64,000 nucleotides of DNA from Bacillota bacterium (GTDB taxonomy: Bacteria; Bacillota; Sulfobacillia; JAJZYS01; JAJYTV01), in NCBI GenBank assembly GCA_021799275.1, contig JAJZAT010000002.1:1293-65292 (forward strand), given 5' to 3'. The first letter of the stretch is position 1. The number at the start of each line of letters is the position of its first letter. Shown here in pieces: positions 18,584-27,566 of this stretch. The position numbers were made by a program, and so were the translations under genes. The notes under the pieces are model-generated. The model was not told where the DNA came from. It saw nothing but the letters and a program-made list of their open reading frames with translations, and did not search any database.

Positions 18584-19189
18584 TCAAGCCAGGTGGTCGC
18601 ATCGATTGATGTAATGGGTTACCACCCTCCCGTCCGGGGCGACGTCGAGCAGGGAGATGCTGGCGTTGTCGATCACGAAGCGCGTTCTCGGCCAGCTGTC
18701 GAGTCCCAGGAGTGCCATCAGTCCCGCCACGATCGTGCCGCCGTGGCAGACCACCGCGGCGGCGCCCTCCTCCTGGGCCGCGATCGCGCGCAGGGCGGCT
18801 TCGGCTCGCTCCGTCAGCTCGATGAAGCTCTCGCCGCCAGGCGGCCGGGCAGAGCGGGGATCGGTGCGCAGATCCTGCTCGGCCTCGGCGTAGGCCAAGG
18901 CCGCCTCCTCGCGGCGCATTCCCTGGTACTGGCCCCAGTTGCGCTCCTTGAGGCGCGGGTCGAGCTGCAGCGGCAGGCTGTGCCCCGCGGCGATCGCCGA
19001 GGCGGTCTCCACCGCACGCTGCATGGGGCTCGCGTAGACCGCGCGCAGGGGCACGGCTTCCAGCGCCTTGGCGAGAGCGCCGGCCTGCCGGCGTCCCTCC
19101 TCGTCCAAGGGTACGTCTAGGTCCCCTTGGATACGCCAGAGTCGGTTCCACTCGGTACGGCCATGCCGGATCAGGTAGAGTGAAGGCAA
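18584..19189 (-). CDS. Histidine phosphatase family protein (phosphoglycerate-mutase-like)
   Basis: LYLIRHGRTEWN, the RHG motif, and ...VVCHGGTIVAGLMALLGL. TTG start at 19189 with SD GGAGGAG 5 nt upstream. The long upstream part of the track ORF is antisense noise. Confidence 0.75.
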   Translation of the reverse strand: MPSLYLIRHGRTEWNRLWRIQGDLDVPLDEEGRRQAGALAKALEAVPLRAVYASPMQRAVETASAIAAGHSLPLQLDPRLKERNWGQYQGMRREEAALAYAEAEQDLRTDPRSARPPGGESFIELTERAEAALRAIAAQEEGAAAVVCHGGTIVAGLMALLGLDSWPRTRFVIDNASISLLDVAPDGRVVTHYINRCDHLA

Positions 19190-19237
19190 GATGTCTCCTC
19201 CATCGTCTTCGAGTTCCGGGAGAAGGAGTGGTTTTCG

Positions 19238-19960
19238 GTGCGGCTCAAGGCGGTGGCGACGGCCCAGGAGCTTTACCCTTCCGCGGCCAGGGGACTGCCG
19301 GTGGTGGCGATCGACACCCTGCGCGCAGCCACCACGGCGGCCGCCGCGCTGGCGGCAGGCGCCCTGGCGGTGAGGCCGGTCGCCGGTGTCGACGACGCGT
19401 TCGCCCTGCGCGATCGACTGCCGGGCGCGGTGCTGGGCGGCGAACGCGGCATGCGCCCCATTGCGGGCTTCGACGCCGGCAACTCGCCGCGTGACTACCA
19501 GCGCCGCCTGGTGCGCGGCCGGGAGGTCGTCCTCACGACCACGAACGGCACGCTGGCTCTGGCCCGCGCTCGCTCCGCCAAGTCGCTCGCGTTCGCAGCG
19601 CTGACGACGGCGCCTCTGGCGGCGGCGTGGCTGCTCGCGCAGGACGCCGAAGAGGCCCTCATCGTGATGAGCGGCACCGACGGCCACTTCTCCTACGAGG
19701 ATGCGCTGACCGCGGGCGCGATCGCAGCGTTCCTGCCGGAGGCTGACCTCGACGACCTGATGCTGACGGCCCGTGCCGCCTTCCAGGCGCGGCGCCGCGG
19801 TCTTGGGGCCGCGTTGCGCCTGACTCCTCACGGCGTACGCCTGATCGAGGCCGGGTTCGAGGCGGACATCGCGCTGGCGGCAAGGCTTGGCCGCAGCCGC
19901 GTCCTGCCGGTCCGCGACGGGCACGACAAGAGCAGGCTGACGCCCTGGCGCCATTCCTAG
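19238..19960 (+). CDS. 2-phosphosulfolactate phosphatase family protein (ComB-like)
   Basis: VVAIDTLRAATT...LGGERGMRPIAGFDAGNSP...VVLTTTNGT...GTDGHFSYEDALTAGAI match ComB-family blocks. GTG start with SD AGAAGGAG 9 nt upstream. Confidence 0.75.
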   Translation: MRLKAVATAQELYPSAARGLPVVAIDTLRAATTAAAALAAGALAVRPVAGVDDAFALRDRLPGAVLGGERGMRPIAGFDAGNSPRDYQRRLVRGREVVLTTTNGTLALARARSAKSLAFAALTTAPLAAAWLLAQDAEEALIVMSGTDGHFSYEDALTAGAIAAFLPEADLDDLMLTARAAFQARRRGLGAALRLTPHGVRLIEAGFEADIALAARLGRSRVLPVRDGHDKSRLTPWRHS

Positions 19961-20138
19961 CCCCTTTCCCGCTTCCCCGCCGCGATTCCTGCCGGTGGGC
20001 GGCGTGGCCCCGGCTACGCCGAACTGAAGGAAGCGGGACCTCTATTGGGAGACTTGATCTTCTCTTGGCAAAGCGTTGCGGCGTCGAGGAGGGTGGCCCG
20101 ACCGGTCACGTTCCCAGGCTGCCGGCGACGCCGGCCGA

Positions 20139-21116
20139 TCAGGCCGTGCGCAGCTTCGTGCCGTATTTCGGATCCAAGGCCATCTGCAGTCCCTTGCAGA
20201 TCGTTTGCTCGGGATCCGCGTCGAGGTGGAGCGGCAGGTCGAGACGGTCCTGCAGCATGTCGGACAGGGCCCCGAGGCGGGCCCCGCCACCCGTCAGGAA
20301 GACGCCGTGGCCGGCGAGGTCCGCAACGAGTTCCGGCGAGACATCGCGCAGGAGCTCGCGCACTGCGTGGGCGATCTGGTCCGCCAGAAGGGCGACCGAA
20401 GGCAGCACCTCGTCGCGCTCGAGGGTCACGGACTGTGGCAACCCCGTGACGAGATCGCGCCCGTTGGCCGTCGCCCGGTCGGCGCCGTCCCCCAGGAGCG
20501 CATGCTTGACCGCCTGCGAGGTCGCTTCCCCAACCATGAGGTTGTAGCGGTCGCGCATCAGACGGGCGATGGCCTCGTCGATGTGGTCTCCGGCCATCTC
20601 CACCTTCTGGTGGGCCACCGAGTGGCCGAGCGAGAGAAGGTCGATGCGGGTGCAACTGGCGCCCATGTCGACGAGCAGGCTGCCCATCGGCTGAAAGAGC
20701 GGCAGTTCAAGCCCCAAGGCCTTGCATGCGGAAAGCGAGCAGAAGCGCACGCGGGCGGCGCCCGCGTGCTGGGCGAGGACGCCGAGACCGCGCCGATCGA
20801 TGGCGCTGGCGCCGGCCCCCATGGCGATCCAGATCTCGGGCCGGCGGAAGCCATGTCCACCGACGCGAGCCAGAAGATTCTTGAGCAGAGCCTCGGCGAG
20901 CTTCTGCGAGCGGACACCGCCACGCGTGAACGGCCGCTCCGCCTCGAGCCCGTCCGGAGTGCGGCCCAGCATGCGCAGGGCCTGCTCGCCCACTGCGACG
21001 ACGTCGCCGCTCACGCGATGCGCCACGACGGCCGGCTCGGTGAGTGGCGGCCTGCGCCCGCCTTCCATGCCCATGCGCACGTTCTCGCTGCCGAAATCGA
21101 AGATCAGGCGTCGCAC
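20139..21116 (-). CDS. mreB: MreB/Mbl-like actin-family protein
   Basis: FDFGSENVRMG, VLVDMGASCTRI, GVFLTGGGARL. GTG start with SD GGGAGGA 6 nt upstream. Confidence 0.75.
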   Translation of the reverse strand: MRRLIFDFGSENVRMGMEGGRRPPLTEPAVVAHRVSGDVVAVGEQALRMLGRTPDGLEAERPFTRGGVRSQKLAEALLKNLLARVGGHGFRRPEIWIAMGAGASAIDRRGLGVLAQHAGAARVRFCSLSACKALGLELPLFQPMGSLLVDMGASCTRIDLLSLGHSVAHQKVEMAGDHIDEAIARLMRDRYNLMVGEATSQAVKHALLGDGADRATANGRDLVTGLPQSVTLERDEVLPSVALLADQIAHAVRELLRDVSPELVADLAGHGVFLTGGGARLGALSDMLQDRLDLPLHLDADPEQTICKGLQMALDPKYGTKLRTA

Positions 21117-21190
21117 GCGAAATCCTCCCCGCTCGTCCCGTCCCCTTTCATTGAAACGGAGAGCCAGCGCGCGCGCATTGATAAAATGTT

Positions 21191-21220
21191 GGTGGCGGGC
21201 CCAGTTCTGGGCCCGCCACC
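21191..21220 (-). terminator. Intrinsic terminator after mtaD
   Basis: Perfect 12-bp stem GGTGGCGGGCCC-agttct-GGGCCCGCCACC, followed on the minus strand by AACATTTTATCAATG. Confidence 0.6.
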
Positions 21221-21236
21221 TGCCAGTAAGTGGAGA

Positions 21237-22526
21237 TTAGAGCAGAGGACGCTCCGCGAGGCGCTGCGCGCTCGCGCGCGCCGAGCTCAATACCTCTGCG
21301 GCGTCCACCACGAGGTGACGGCCCTCGCTGTAGACAAGGCGGCCCGAGGCGTAGACCCGCTCCACCTGCTGGGCCGTGGCCGTGTAGACGATCGCCGAGA
21401 ACGGATCGAAGACCGGTTGCACCCGGTACGAGCGCAGATCGACGACGACCACGTCGGCGAGATAGCCCTGCTCGAGCGCGCCAAGTTCCTGCCAGCCCAG
21501 GGCCATCGCGCCCTCGCGCGTGGCCATGCGCAGCACGTCCTTGGCCGTAAGCGCCGCCGCGTCCTCCGATGTGCCCTTCGCGATCCAGGCCGCGGCCTTC
21601 ATGCTGAGGAACGGGTCGAGCACGTTGGCGCTGGCCGCCCCGTCCGAGCCGATCCCGACCGGCACCCCCGCCTCGCGCAGCCGGCGCGTCGGCGCGAAGC
21701 CGCAGCCGAGCTTCAAATTGGAGATCGGGCAGTGCGCGACGCCGACGTCCAGGGAAGCGAGGCGCGCGATGTCGCCCTCCGCGGGGAAGACGCCGTGCGC
21801 CGCGACGACATGCTCGCGCGCAAGGCCGCTCGACGTCAGCACCTGCGCCGGCGTCGTGCCCTGGCGCAGCAGTTCCTCGGTCTCGCCCCGGGTCTCCGCG
21901 AGGTGGATGTGCACCGGCGCGTGCAGGGCCGTCGCGTAGTCCGCGACTTCCCGCAGGTAGTCCGGAGGGCAGGTGTACGGGGCATGCGGGCCCAGGGCGA
22001 CCTGCAGGCGGTTGTCCATGGCCCCCTGCCAGCGCTCGTAGAGCGCGACGCCCCGGCGCAGGCTGTCGCGCTCCGGATCCTGGGCGCCGATCAGTCCCTG
22101 CGTGATCATGCCGCGGATGCCCGATTCCCCGATCGCCTCGGCGACGCGGTCCATCGAGCCGTACATGTCGTTGACGCAGGTGACGCCGGCCGCGACCGCC
22201 TCGAGCAGGGCGAGCCGCGTGCCCTGCAGGATGTCCTCGGGCGTCATGCGGGCCTCGATCGGCCAGACGTGTTCCTCGAGCCAGGGCATGAGCGGGACGT
22301 CGTCCGCGACGCCGCGCAGGATCTGCATCGCAAGATGCGTGTGGGTGTTGACGAAGCCCGGGATGATGACGCGCCCTGGCAGCCGCGAGACGTCGTCCCC
22401 CGGGGCTGCGGGCGGTGCCCCGTCGCGGCTGCCCGCGTAGGCGATGCGCGCTCCGTCGAGTACCAGCACGCCGTCGCTGATCTCGTGTTCCGGCGTGAGC
22501 AGCGTCGCGCCTTCGAGACGGATCAC
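21237..22526 (-). CDS. mtaD: 5-methylthioadenosine/S-adenosylhomocysteine deaminase (amidohydrolase, TRZ/ATZ family)
   Basis: PGFVNTHTHLAMQILRG metal-binding HxH, HIHLAETRGE, and the IGSDGAASAN Asp. Confidence 0.85.
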   Translation of the reverse strand: MIRLEGATLLTPEHEISDGVLVLDGARIAYAGSRDGAPPAAPGDDVSRLPGRVIIPGFVNTHTHLAMQILRGVADDVPLMPWLEEHVWPIEARMTPEDILQGTRLALLEAVAAGVTCVNDMYGSMDRVAEAIGESGIRGMITQGLIGAQDPERDSLRRGVALYERWQGAMDNRLQVALGPHAPYTCPPDYLREVADYATALHAPVHIHLAETRGETEELLRQGTTPAQVLTSSGLAREHVVAAHGVFPAEGDIARLASLDVGVAHCPISNLKLGCGFAPTRRLREAGVPVGIGSDGAASANVLDPFLSMKAAAWIAKGTSEDAAALTAKDVLRMATREGAMALGWQELGALEQGYLADVVVVDLRSYRVQPVFDPFSAIVYTATAQQVERVYASGRLVYSEGRHLVVDAAEVLSSARASAQRLAERPLL

Positions 22527-23749
22527 TGCGTGCCCTCGCGCCAGGTCGCGCGGTAGCGCACCTGCTCCTCGGTCTCGACTTCGAGTCCGATGCCGCGCGC
22601 GACGAGCGACAGCCTCGCGACCTGATCGTCCAGCTCGTCCGGGTACGGATGCACGCCCGGCGGCAGCTGGTGCAGCGCGAGATGCAGCAGCGAGAGCGCC
22701 TGCACGGCGAACGAGAGGTCCATGATCTCGGCCGGGTGACCATCGCCCGCCGCGAGGTTCACGAGCCGGCCCTCCGCGAGCAGGTAGAAGCGGCGGCCGT
22801 CCGGCAGGCGGTAGGCGTCGACGTTTTCGCGCACCTGCTCGACGGACGTGGCAAGGTCTTTCAGGGCCTGCTTGTCGATCTCGACGTCAAAGTGCCCGGC
22901 GTTCGCCAGCAGGACGCCGTCGCGCATGCGCTCGAGGTGCTCGCGCCGCACGACGCGCAAGGCGCCTGTCACCGTCACGACGATGTCGGCCTTGGGCGCG
23001 AGGTCGTGCATCGTGCCGACGTCGTAGCCGTCGAGCCAGGCCTCGTTCATCTTCACGGGATCGATGTCCACGACGCCGACGCGCGCTCCGAGGCCACGGA
23101 GCCTCTGCGCCACGCCCTTGCCGCACCAGCCGAAGCCCACGACGAGCGCGTAGCGTCCCGCGATCGTGACGTTGGTGGCCCGCATGATGGCTTCGATGGC
23201 GGACTGGCCCGTGCCGAAGCGGTTGTCGAAGAGGTGCTTCATCTGCGCGTCGTTGACGGCGATCATCGGCACCTGGAGTTCGCCCGCGGCGTGCATGGCG
23301 CGCAGGCGCACGAGCCCGGTGGTGGTCTCCTCGGTGCCGCCCTTGAGTCCCTTGAGCAGTTCGGGCTGCGTCAGGTGCAGGCGGGTGACGAGGTCGCCGC
23401 CGTCGTCGACCACCAGCGTCGGACGGTGCGCGAGCACCTGGTCGAGGTACTGGAAGTATTCGTCGACCGCGGCGCCGTGACGGGCGTAGACGTGCACGCC
23501 CCGCGCCGCCAGAGCCTCCGCGACGGCGTCCTGGGTCGAGAGCGGATTGGAGCCCGCGATGGCCACCTCGGCCCCGAGCTCCTTGAGCGCCAGGGCGAGC
23601 CGGGCCGTCTTGGCCTCGAGGTGCAGCGCGATGCCGACGCGCTCTCCCTTCAACGGCTGTGCGGCGCTGCGCTCCTTGAGAAGGGCGTCCAGGATCGGCA
23701 TGTGGTCCCGGGCCCAGTCGATGCGGCGGTCTCCGTCCTGCCTGCTCAC
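22523..23749 (-). CDS. ahcY: Adenosylhomocysteinase
   Basis: NAD-binding VVGFGWCGKGVAQRLRGLGARV, plus the DDGGDL and HFDVEID family blocks. Confidence 0.9.
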   Translation of the reverse strand: MSRQDGDRRIDWARDHMPILDALLKERSAAQPLKGERVGIALHLEAKTARLALALKELGAEVAIAGSNPLSTQDAVAEALAARGVHVYARHGAAVDEYFQYLDQVLAHRPTLVVDDGGDLVTRLHLTQPELLKGLKGGTEETTTGLVRLRAMHAAGELQVPMIAVNDAQMKHLFDNRFGTGQSAIEAIMRATNVTIAGRYALVVGFGWCGKGVAQRLRGLGARVGVVDIDPVKMNEAWLDGYDVGTMHDLAPKADIVVTVTGALRVVRREHLERMRDGVLLANAGHFDVEIDKQALKDLATSVEQVRENVDAYRLPDGRRFYLLAEGRLVNLAAGDGHPAEIMDLSFAVQALSLLHLALHQLPPGVHPYPDELDDQVARLSLVARGIGLEVETEEQVRYRATWREGTQ

Positions 23750-24519
23750 GCCATCCCCTCCGCTTGTGGGTGTGTGTTGCAGCGATAGTCCTTGCCAAGT
23801 TCACGCACCGTGCCAAGCAGTAGGCGCGAGAGGGTCTTGCCCTGGCTCGCCATCAGCTCGAGCACCTCCTCGTGCGACGGGCGCGCTCCCTGCACGCCGG
23901 CGGCCAGGTTCGTGACCAGTGCCACAGCGGCGTAGCAGATGCCGAGTTCCGCCGCGAGGACCGCCTCCGGCACCTGCGTCATGCCGACGACATCGCCCCC
24001 GAGCATGCGGTAGGCGCGAATCTCGGCCGGCGTCTCGAATCGGGGGCCCTCGGTGCAGACGTAGACGACCTCGTCCGGGTGGAGCGCAATGTCCTGCCGC
24101 TCCGCGCTGCGCCGCAAGGCACTGCGCAGGGTCGGGCAGTAGGCGTCGCTGACGTTCTGGTGCACGACGCCGGGACCGTCGTGGAACGTCGTGGCCCTGG
24201 CCTTCGTGAAGTCCATGAAATCGCCGAGCAGCGCAAGCGTCCCCGGCGGGATCTCCTCGCGCACAGATCCGACCGCCGACGTGGCGAGAATCGCGGTCAC
24301 GCCGATCTCCTTGAGGGCCCAGAGCAAGGCTCGGGCAGGCAGGCGATGCGGTGGCACGGCGTGGCCCTTGCCGTGCCGCGCCGCGAAGATGAGCGTCTCG
24401 CCATCCGGTAGGCGCACCTCGGTGACCGAGGCGTCGCCAAACGGGGTCGCGATCGTGCGGTCGCGTTCCTCGGCGCCGGGCAGTTCGTAGACGCCGGTGC
24501 CGCCGATGATCGCGACCAT
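23746..24519 (-). CDS. mtnP: S-methyl-5'-thioadenosine phosphorylase
   Basis: VAIIGGTGVYEL, ARHGKGH, MTQVPEAVLAAELGICYAAVALVTN. ATG at 24519, one nt after the ndk stop. Confidence 0.85.
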   Translation of the reverse strand: MVAIIGGTGVYELPGAEERDRTIATPFGDASVTEVRLPDGETLIFAARHGKGHAVPPHRLPARALLWALKEIGVTAILATSAVGSVREEIPPGTLALLGDFMDFTKARATTFHDGPGVVHQNVSDAYCPTLRSALRRSAERQDIALHPDEVVYVCTEGPRFETPAEIRAYRMLGGDVVGMTQVPEAVLAAELGICYAAVALVTNLAAGVQGARPSHEEVLELMASQGKTLSRLLLGTVRELGKDYRCNTHPQAEGMA

Positions 24520-24520
24520 C

Positions 24521-24976
24521 TCAGTTACCTGCGTAGATCCACTCTTCCTCCGGCCGCGGCTGGCCCACCAGCTCCTCCGGGCGGAAGAAGAGGCCGATCT
24601 CGCGTTCCGCGGCCTCGGGGCCATCCGATCCGTGCACGATGTTGGCCGCGATCTGCATGGCGAAGTCGCCGCGCAGGGTGCCAGGCGCCGCCTTGGCGGG
24701 ATCCGTGGCGCCCATCACGTTGCGCGCGATCGCGATGGCATCCTGGCCCTGCCAGACCATCGCGACGATCGGGCCCGACGTGATGAAGGCGACGAGCCCG
24801 GCGAAGAAGGGCTTCTCGCGATGCGCCTCGTAGTGACGGCCGGCGAGTTCCTCGCTGACGCGCATCATCTTGAGACCGACGAGCCGGAGCCCCTTGCGCT
24901 CCAGCCGGGCGATCACCTCGCCCACAAGCCCGCGCCCGACTCCATCCGGCTTTACGGCAACGAAGGTCCTTTGCAT
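24521..24976 (-). CDS. ndk: Nucleoside diphosphate kinase
   Basis: RTFVAVKPDGV, NIVHGSD active-site His. Confidence 0.9.
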   Translation of the reverse strand: MQRTFVAVKPDGVGRGLVGEVIARLERKGLRLVGLKMMRVSEELAGRHYEAHREKPFFAGLVAFITSGPIVAMVWQGQDAIAIARNVMGATDPAKAAPGTLRGDFAMQIAANIVHGSDGPEAAEREIGLFFRPEELVGQPRPEEEWIYAGN

Positions 24977-25030
24977 CCTCAGGTGTCCCTCCCGAAAAAT
25001 GCGCCCCGGTCCTTCGACCGGGGCGTCGTG

Positions 25031-25402
25031 TCAGCCGACTTGCGCTTCTACTTCGGCGAAGACGCCGCGCTTCGTCTCTGTCGCCGTTACGCTCTCCGCG
25101 CGGAAATGTTCCACTATATAGTTGCAGGCGTCCCATGGCTCGACGCGTTCGCCGCAGGTGAACACGTCGACGGCGGCATAGCCCAGTTCGGGCCAGGTGT
25201 GTACCGCCAAGTGCGACTCCGAGATGACCACCACTCCACTGACGCCTTGGGGGCTGAATTTATGGAAGGCTACTTCCCGGACCTCAGCACCCGACTCCAG
25301 CGCTGCGGCCACCAGGATTCTCTCGACCCGCTCCGGGTCGTTGAGAATCGCCCGGTCGCAACCGTACACCTCGGCCAGAATGTGCCGGCCCAGTGCGTTC
25401 AT
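25031..25402 (-). CDS. speH: S-adenosylmethionine decarboxylase proenzyme, SpeH type
   Basis: LGRHILAEVYGCD, FHKFSPQGVSGVVVISESHLAVHTWPE self-cleavage region, FTCG. Confidence 0.9.
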   Translation of the reverse strand: MNALGRHILAEVYGCDRAILNDPERVERILVAAALESGAEVREVAFHKFSPQGVSGVVVISESHLAVHTWPELGYAAVDVFTCGERVEPWDACNYIVEHFRAESVTATETKRGVFAEVEAQVG

Positions 25403-25437
25403 CGATCAGCCCCCTCGCCTAGGTTCACCGTCAAACT

Positions 25438-25466
25438 GCATTGTAGAGACATGTCGGAAGGTTGTC
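25438..25466 (-). promoter_or_regulatory. Sigma-A-type promoter of the speH-ndk-mtnP-ahcY-mtaD operon
   Basis: On the minus strand: TTGACA, a 17-nt spacer, TACAAT. The -10 lies about 30 nt upstream of the SD GAGGGGG and the speH ATG. Both hexamers are perfect consensus. Confidence 0.6.
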
Positions 25467-25733
25467 AACGAATCAGCCGGGGTTTTCAGCAAGGATTCAC
25501 GATGAGGCGGAGTGAGACGCGATAGACATCAGAATCCCGCTCATCCTCGCGCGATCTCTTGCGTTATCTCTGCCGTACGTGTAGCGCGATGATTCAGGAG
25601 CCATAACGTACGCGACTTGTCGACCTTCCAGACGGAGCCATCGCGCGTGGGCGCCCGGAAGCTCGCAGCCGCTCCCCGGGCCGGCACCGAACGCAGCTGA
25701 AACCGCGTCCCGAAGCCAATTTGCGGCGTCGTC

Positions 25734-26171
25734 CTACGTTCCGCTCAGGTCCTTCTGCAGCGCCTCGAGCATCTGCTCGGCGTTGCGGCGCAGGATGAGC
25801 TTCGCCACCGGGTTCAGGAGATTTGCGATCATCGGCATGCCGAACTCGAAGTCGGTCGTCAGCGTGACGCTGGTGCCACCCTCCGTCGCGACGATGCGCC
25901 ACTCGCCTTCGAAGCGCCTGAGGTCGCCCGAGATCTGCTGGTAGGTGATGCGCCCCTCCTCCGGCAGGAAGGTGTCGCGCTCGAGCCAGCGGAACGGCGC
26001 GCCCTGGAGGGTGACGTGCCACTGCGAGTCCGTGGTGTTGCCCTCGCGGCGGACCACCTCGACCGACACCACGTTCTCCATGAAGCGCGGAAAGGACGCC
26101 ATGTCGGAAAGCACCGCGTACACGGTGTCCGGCTCCGCCTGGATCAGCTTCTGGACCTCGACGTAGGGCAC
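25734..26171 (-). CDS. SRPBCC-superfamily protein (polyketide cyclase/dehydrase-like, START/Bet v1 fold)
   Basis: 146 aa from the GTG at 26171, with SD AAAGGAG 8 nt upstream. Typical SRPBCC length and pattern (V.V...I.A.PD.V...L.D...FP.F...V.SVEV...). Confidence 0.65.
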   Translation of the reverse strand: MPYVEVQKLIQAEPDTVYAVLSDMASFPRFMENVVSVEVVRREGNTTDSQWHVTLQGAPFRWLERDTFLPEEGRITYQQISGDLRRFEGEWRIVATEGGTSVTLTTDFEFGMPMIANLLNPVAKLILRRNAEQMLEALQKDLSGT

Positions 26172-26185
26172 AGTGCTCGCTCCTT

Positions 26186-27445
26186 TCAGAGGTCCTCGGC
26201 CACAAGCGCCACCTCGGCCGCCGCCTCGCGGATCAGGCCGAGCGTCTCGGCGATCGTTTCCTCTGAGATGACGATCGGCGGGATCATGCGCAGCACGCGC
26301 TCGTTGTTGAGGGTCCAGAGCGCCAGTACGTGACGGTGCAGCAGTTCCGACATCAGCATGCCGCCGACGCCTTCGCGCGGGCACTCGATGCCGAGCATCA
26401 GCCCCCTGCCCCGCACCTGCGACACCACCTGCGGGAACTCCTGGGCGATCGCCTCGAGGCCCTGCCGCAGCATGGCCCCCTTGCGCAGTGCCTGTCCGGG
26501 GAAGTCCTCGTCGCGCATGACATCGATGGCTTCGCAGCCGACGGCCGTCGCGAGCGGCGCTCCGCCACCCCCACCGCCGCCGAAGGTGCTGGTGTGGATC
26601 AGGGGCATGCTGTCGAGGAAGCCCATCGCGTCGGCGGTGCCGACACAGGCCCCGAGCGGCAGGATGCCGCCGCCCAGCGCCTTCGACACGGTGAGGAAGT
26701 CCGGCACGACGCCCGCTTCGTGCTCGCAGGCAAAATAGTGGCCCGTGCGGCCCATGCCGCTCTGTACCTCGTCGAAGATCAGCATGGCGCCGTGCTCGTC
26801 GCAGATCTGCCGCGCGGCGCGCAGGTAGCCGTCCGGCGGCACGATGATGCCGCCCTCCCCCTGGATCGGTTCCAGGATCACGGCCGCCACGTCGTCGTCC
26901 ACGGCGGCCCGCAGCGCTTCGGCATCGCCGTACGGCACGAGGCGCACGTCCTGCAGCAGCGGCCTGAAGGGGTCCTTGTAGAGGTCGCGGCCACTGACGG
27001 AGAGGGCGCCGTAGGTCTTGCCGTGGAACGCGCCATGGGTCGAGACGAAGACCTTGCGGCCGGTGCGCGCGCGGGAGAACTTGAGCGCGGCCTCGTTCGC
27101 CTCGGCGCCGGAGTTGCAGAAGAAGCTGAGCTGCAGGTCTCCTGGCGTGATCTCCGCGAGGCGCTTTGCGAGCGCGATCGGCTCGAGCACCGGCAGGGAG
27201 CGCGACGGCAGGGCAAGTTTGTCGAGCTGCGCCTTCGCGCGCGCGACGAGCCTGGGATGCAGGTAGCCGTGGACCATGACGCCATAGCCGCCGCCCATGT
27301 CGGTGTAGCGATGGCCCTCGCTGTCATACACGAAGGCACCTTCCGCCCTCACCTCCGGCGAGAGAACGCCAAGGAAGCTGTAGGCCCTGGCTATGCCGGG
27401 GTTGATGTAGGTCGCGAGATCCTGAAGCCAGCCTTCGTCCGGCAA
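26186..27445 (-). CDS. Class III pyridoxal-phosphate aminotransferase (acetylornithine/ornithine/putrescine/GABA-aminotransferase family)
   Basis: LIFDEVQSGMGRTG, TVSKALGGG PLP-lysine motif, THGAFHGKT. Confidence 0.85.
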   Translation of the reverse strand: MPDEGWLQDLATYINPGIARAYSFLGVLSPEVRAEGAFVYDSEGHRYTDMGGGYGVMVHGYLHPRLVARAKAQLDKLALPSRSLPVLEPIALAKRLAEITPGDLQLSFFCNSGAEANEAALKFSRARTGRKVFVSTHGAFHGKTYGALSVSGRDLYKDPFRPLLQDVRLVPYGDAEALRAAVDDDVAAVILEPIQGEGGIIVPPDGYLRAARQICDEHGAMLIFDEVQSGMGRTGHYFACEHEAGVVPDFLTVSKALGGGILPLGACVGTADAMGFLDSMPLIHTSTFGGGGGGGAPLATAVGCEAIDVMRDEDFPGQALRKGAMLRQGLEAIAQEFPQVVSQVRGRGLMLGIECPREGVGGMLMSELLHRHVLALWTLNNERVLRMIPPIVISEETIAETLGLIREAAAEVALVAEDL

Positions 27446-27566
27446 AGGTCGTCATCCTTCCGCAAACAAGGATTGCCTGTCCCGTGCAATTGCACCCAGC
27501 CTGCCCGGATTCCTGCGCGACGCAAGGCGGCCACCCCCCGTCGGGAGTGGCCGCCGTCCTAGTGCG

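Noticed and set aside
18584-19954. Full 456-aa extent of the histidine-phosphatase ORF
   Set aside because: Only the last 201 aa (from the TTG at 19189 with a good SD) resemble a histidine phosphatase. The upstream 255 aa are Arg-rich and overlap the real plus-strand comB-like gene.
20076-22556. 826-aa plus-strand ORF
   Set aside because: Antisense to mreB-like and mtaD. Arg/Asp/His-rich nonsense composition with no domains.
25594-26205. 203-aa minus-strand ORF overlapping the SRPBCC gene
   Set aside because: Different frame of the same region. Arg/Gly-rich. The SRPBCC frame has family-like sequence and a proper SD and start.
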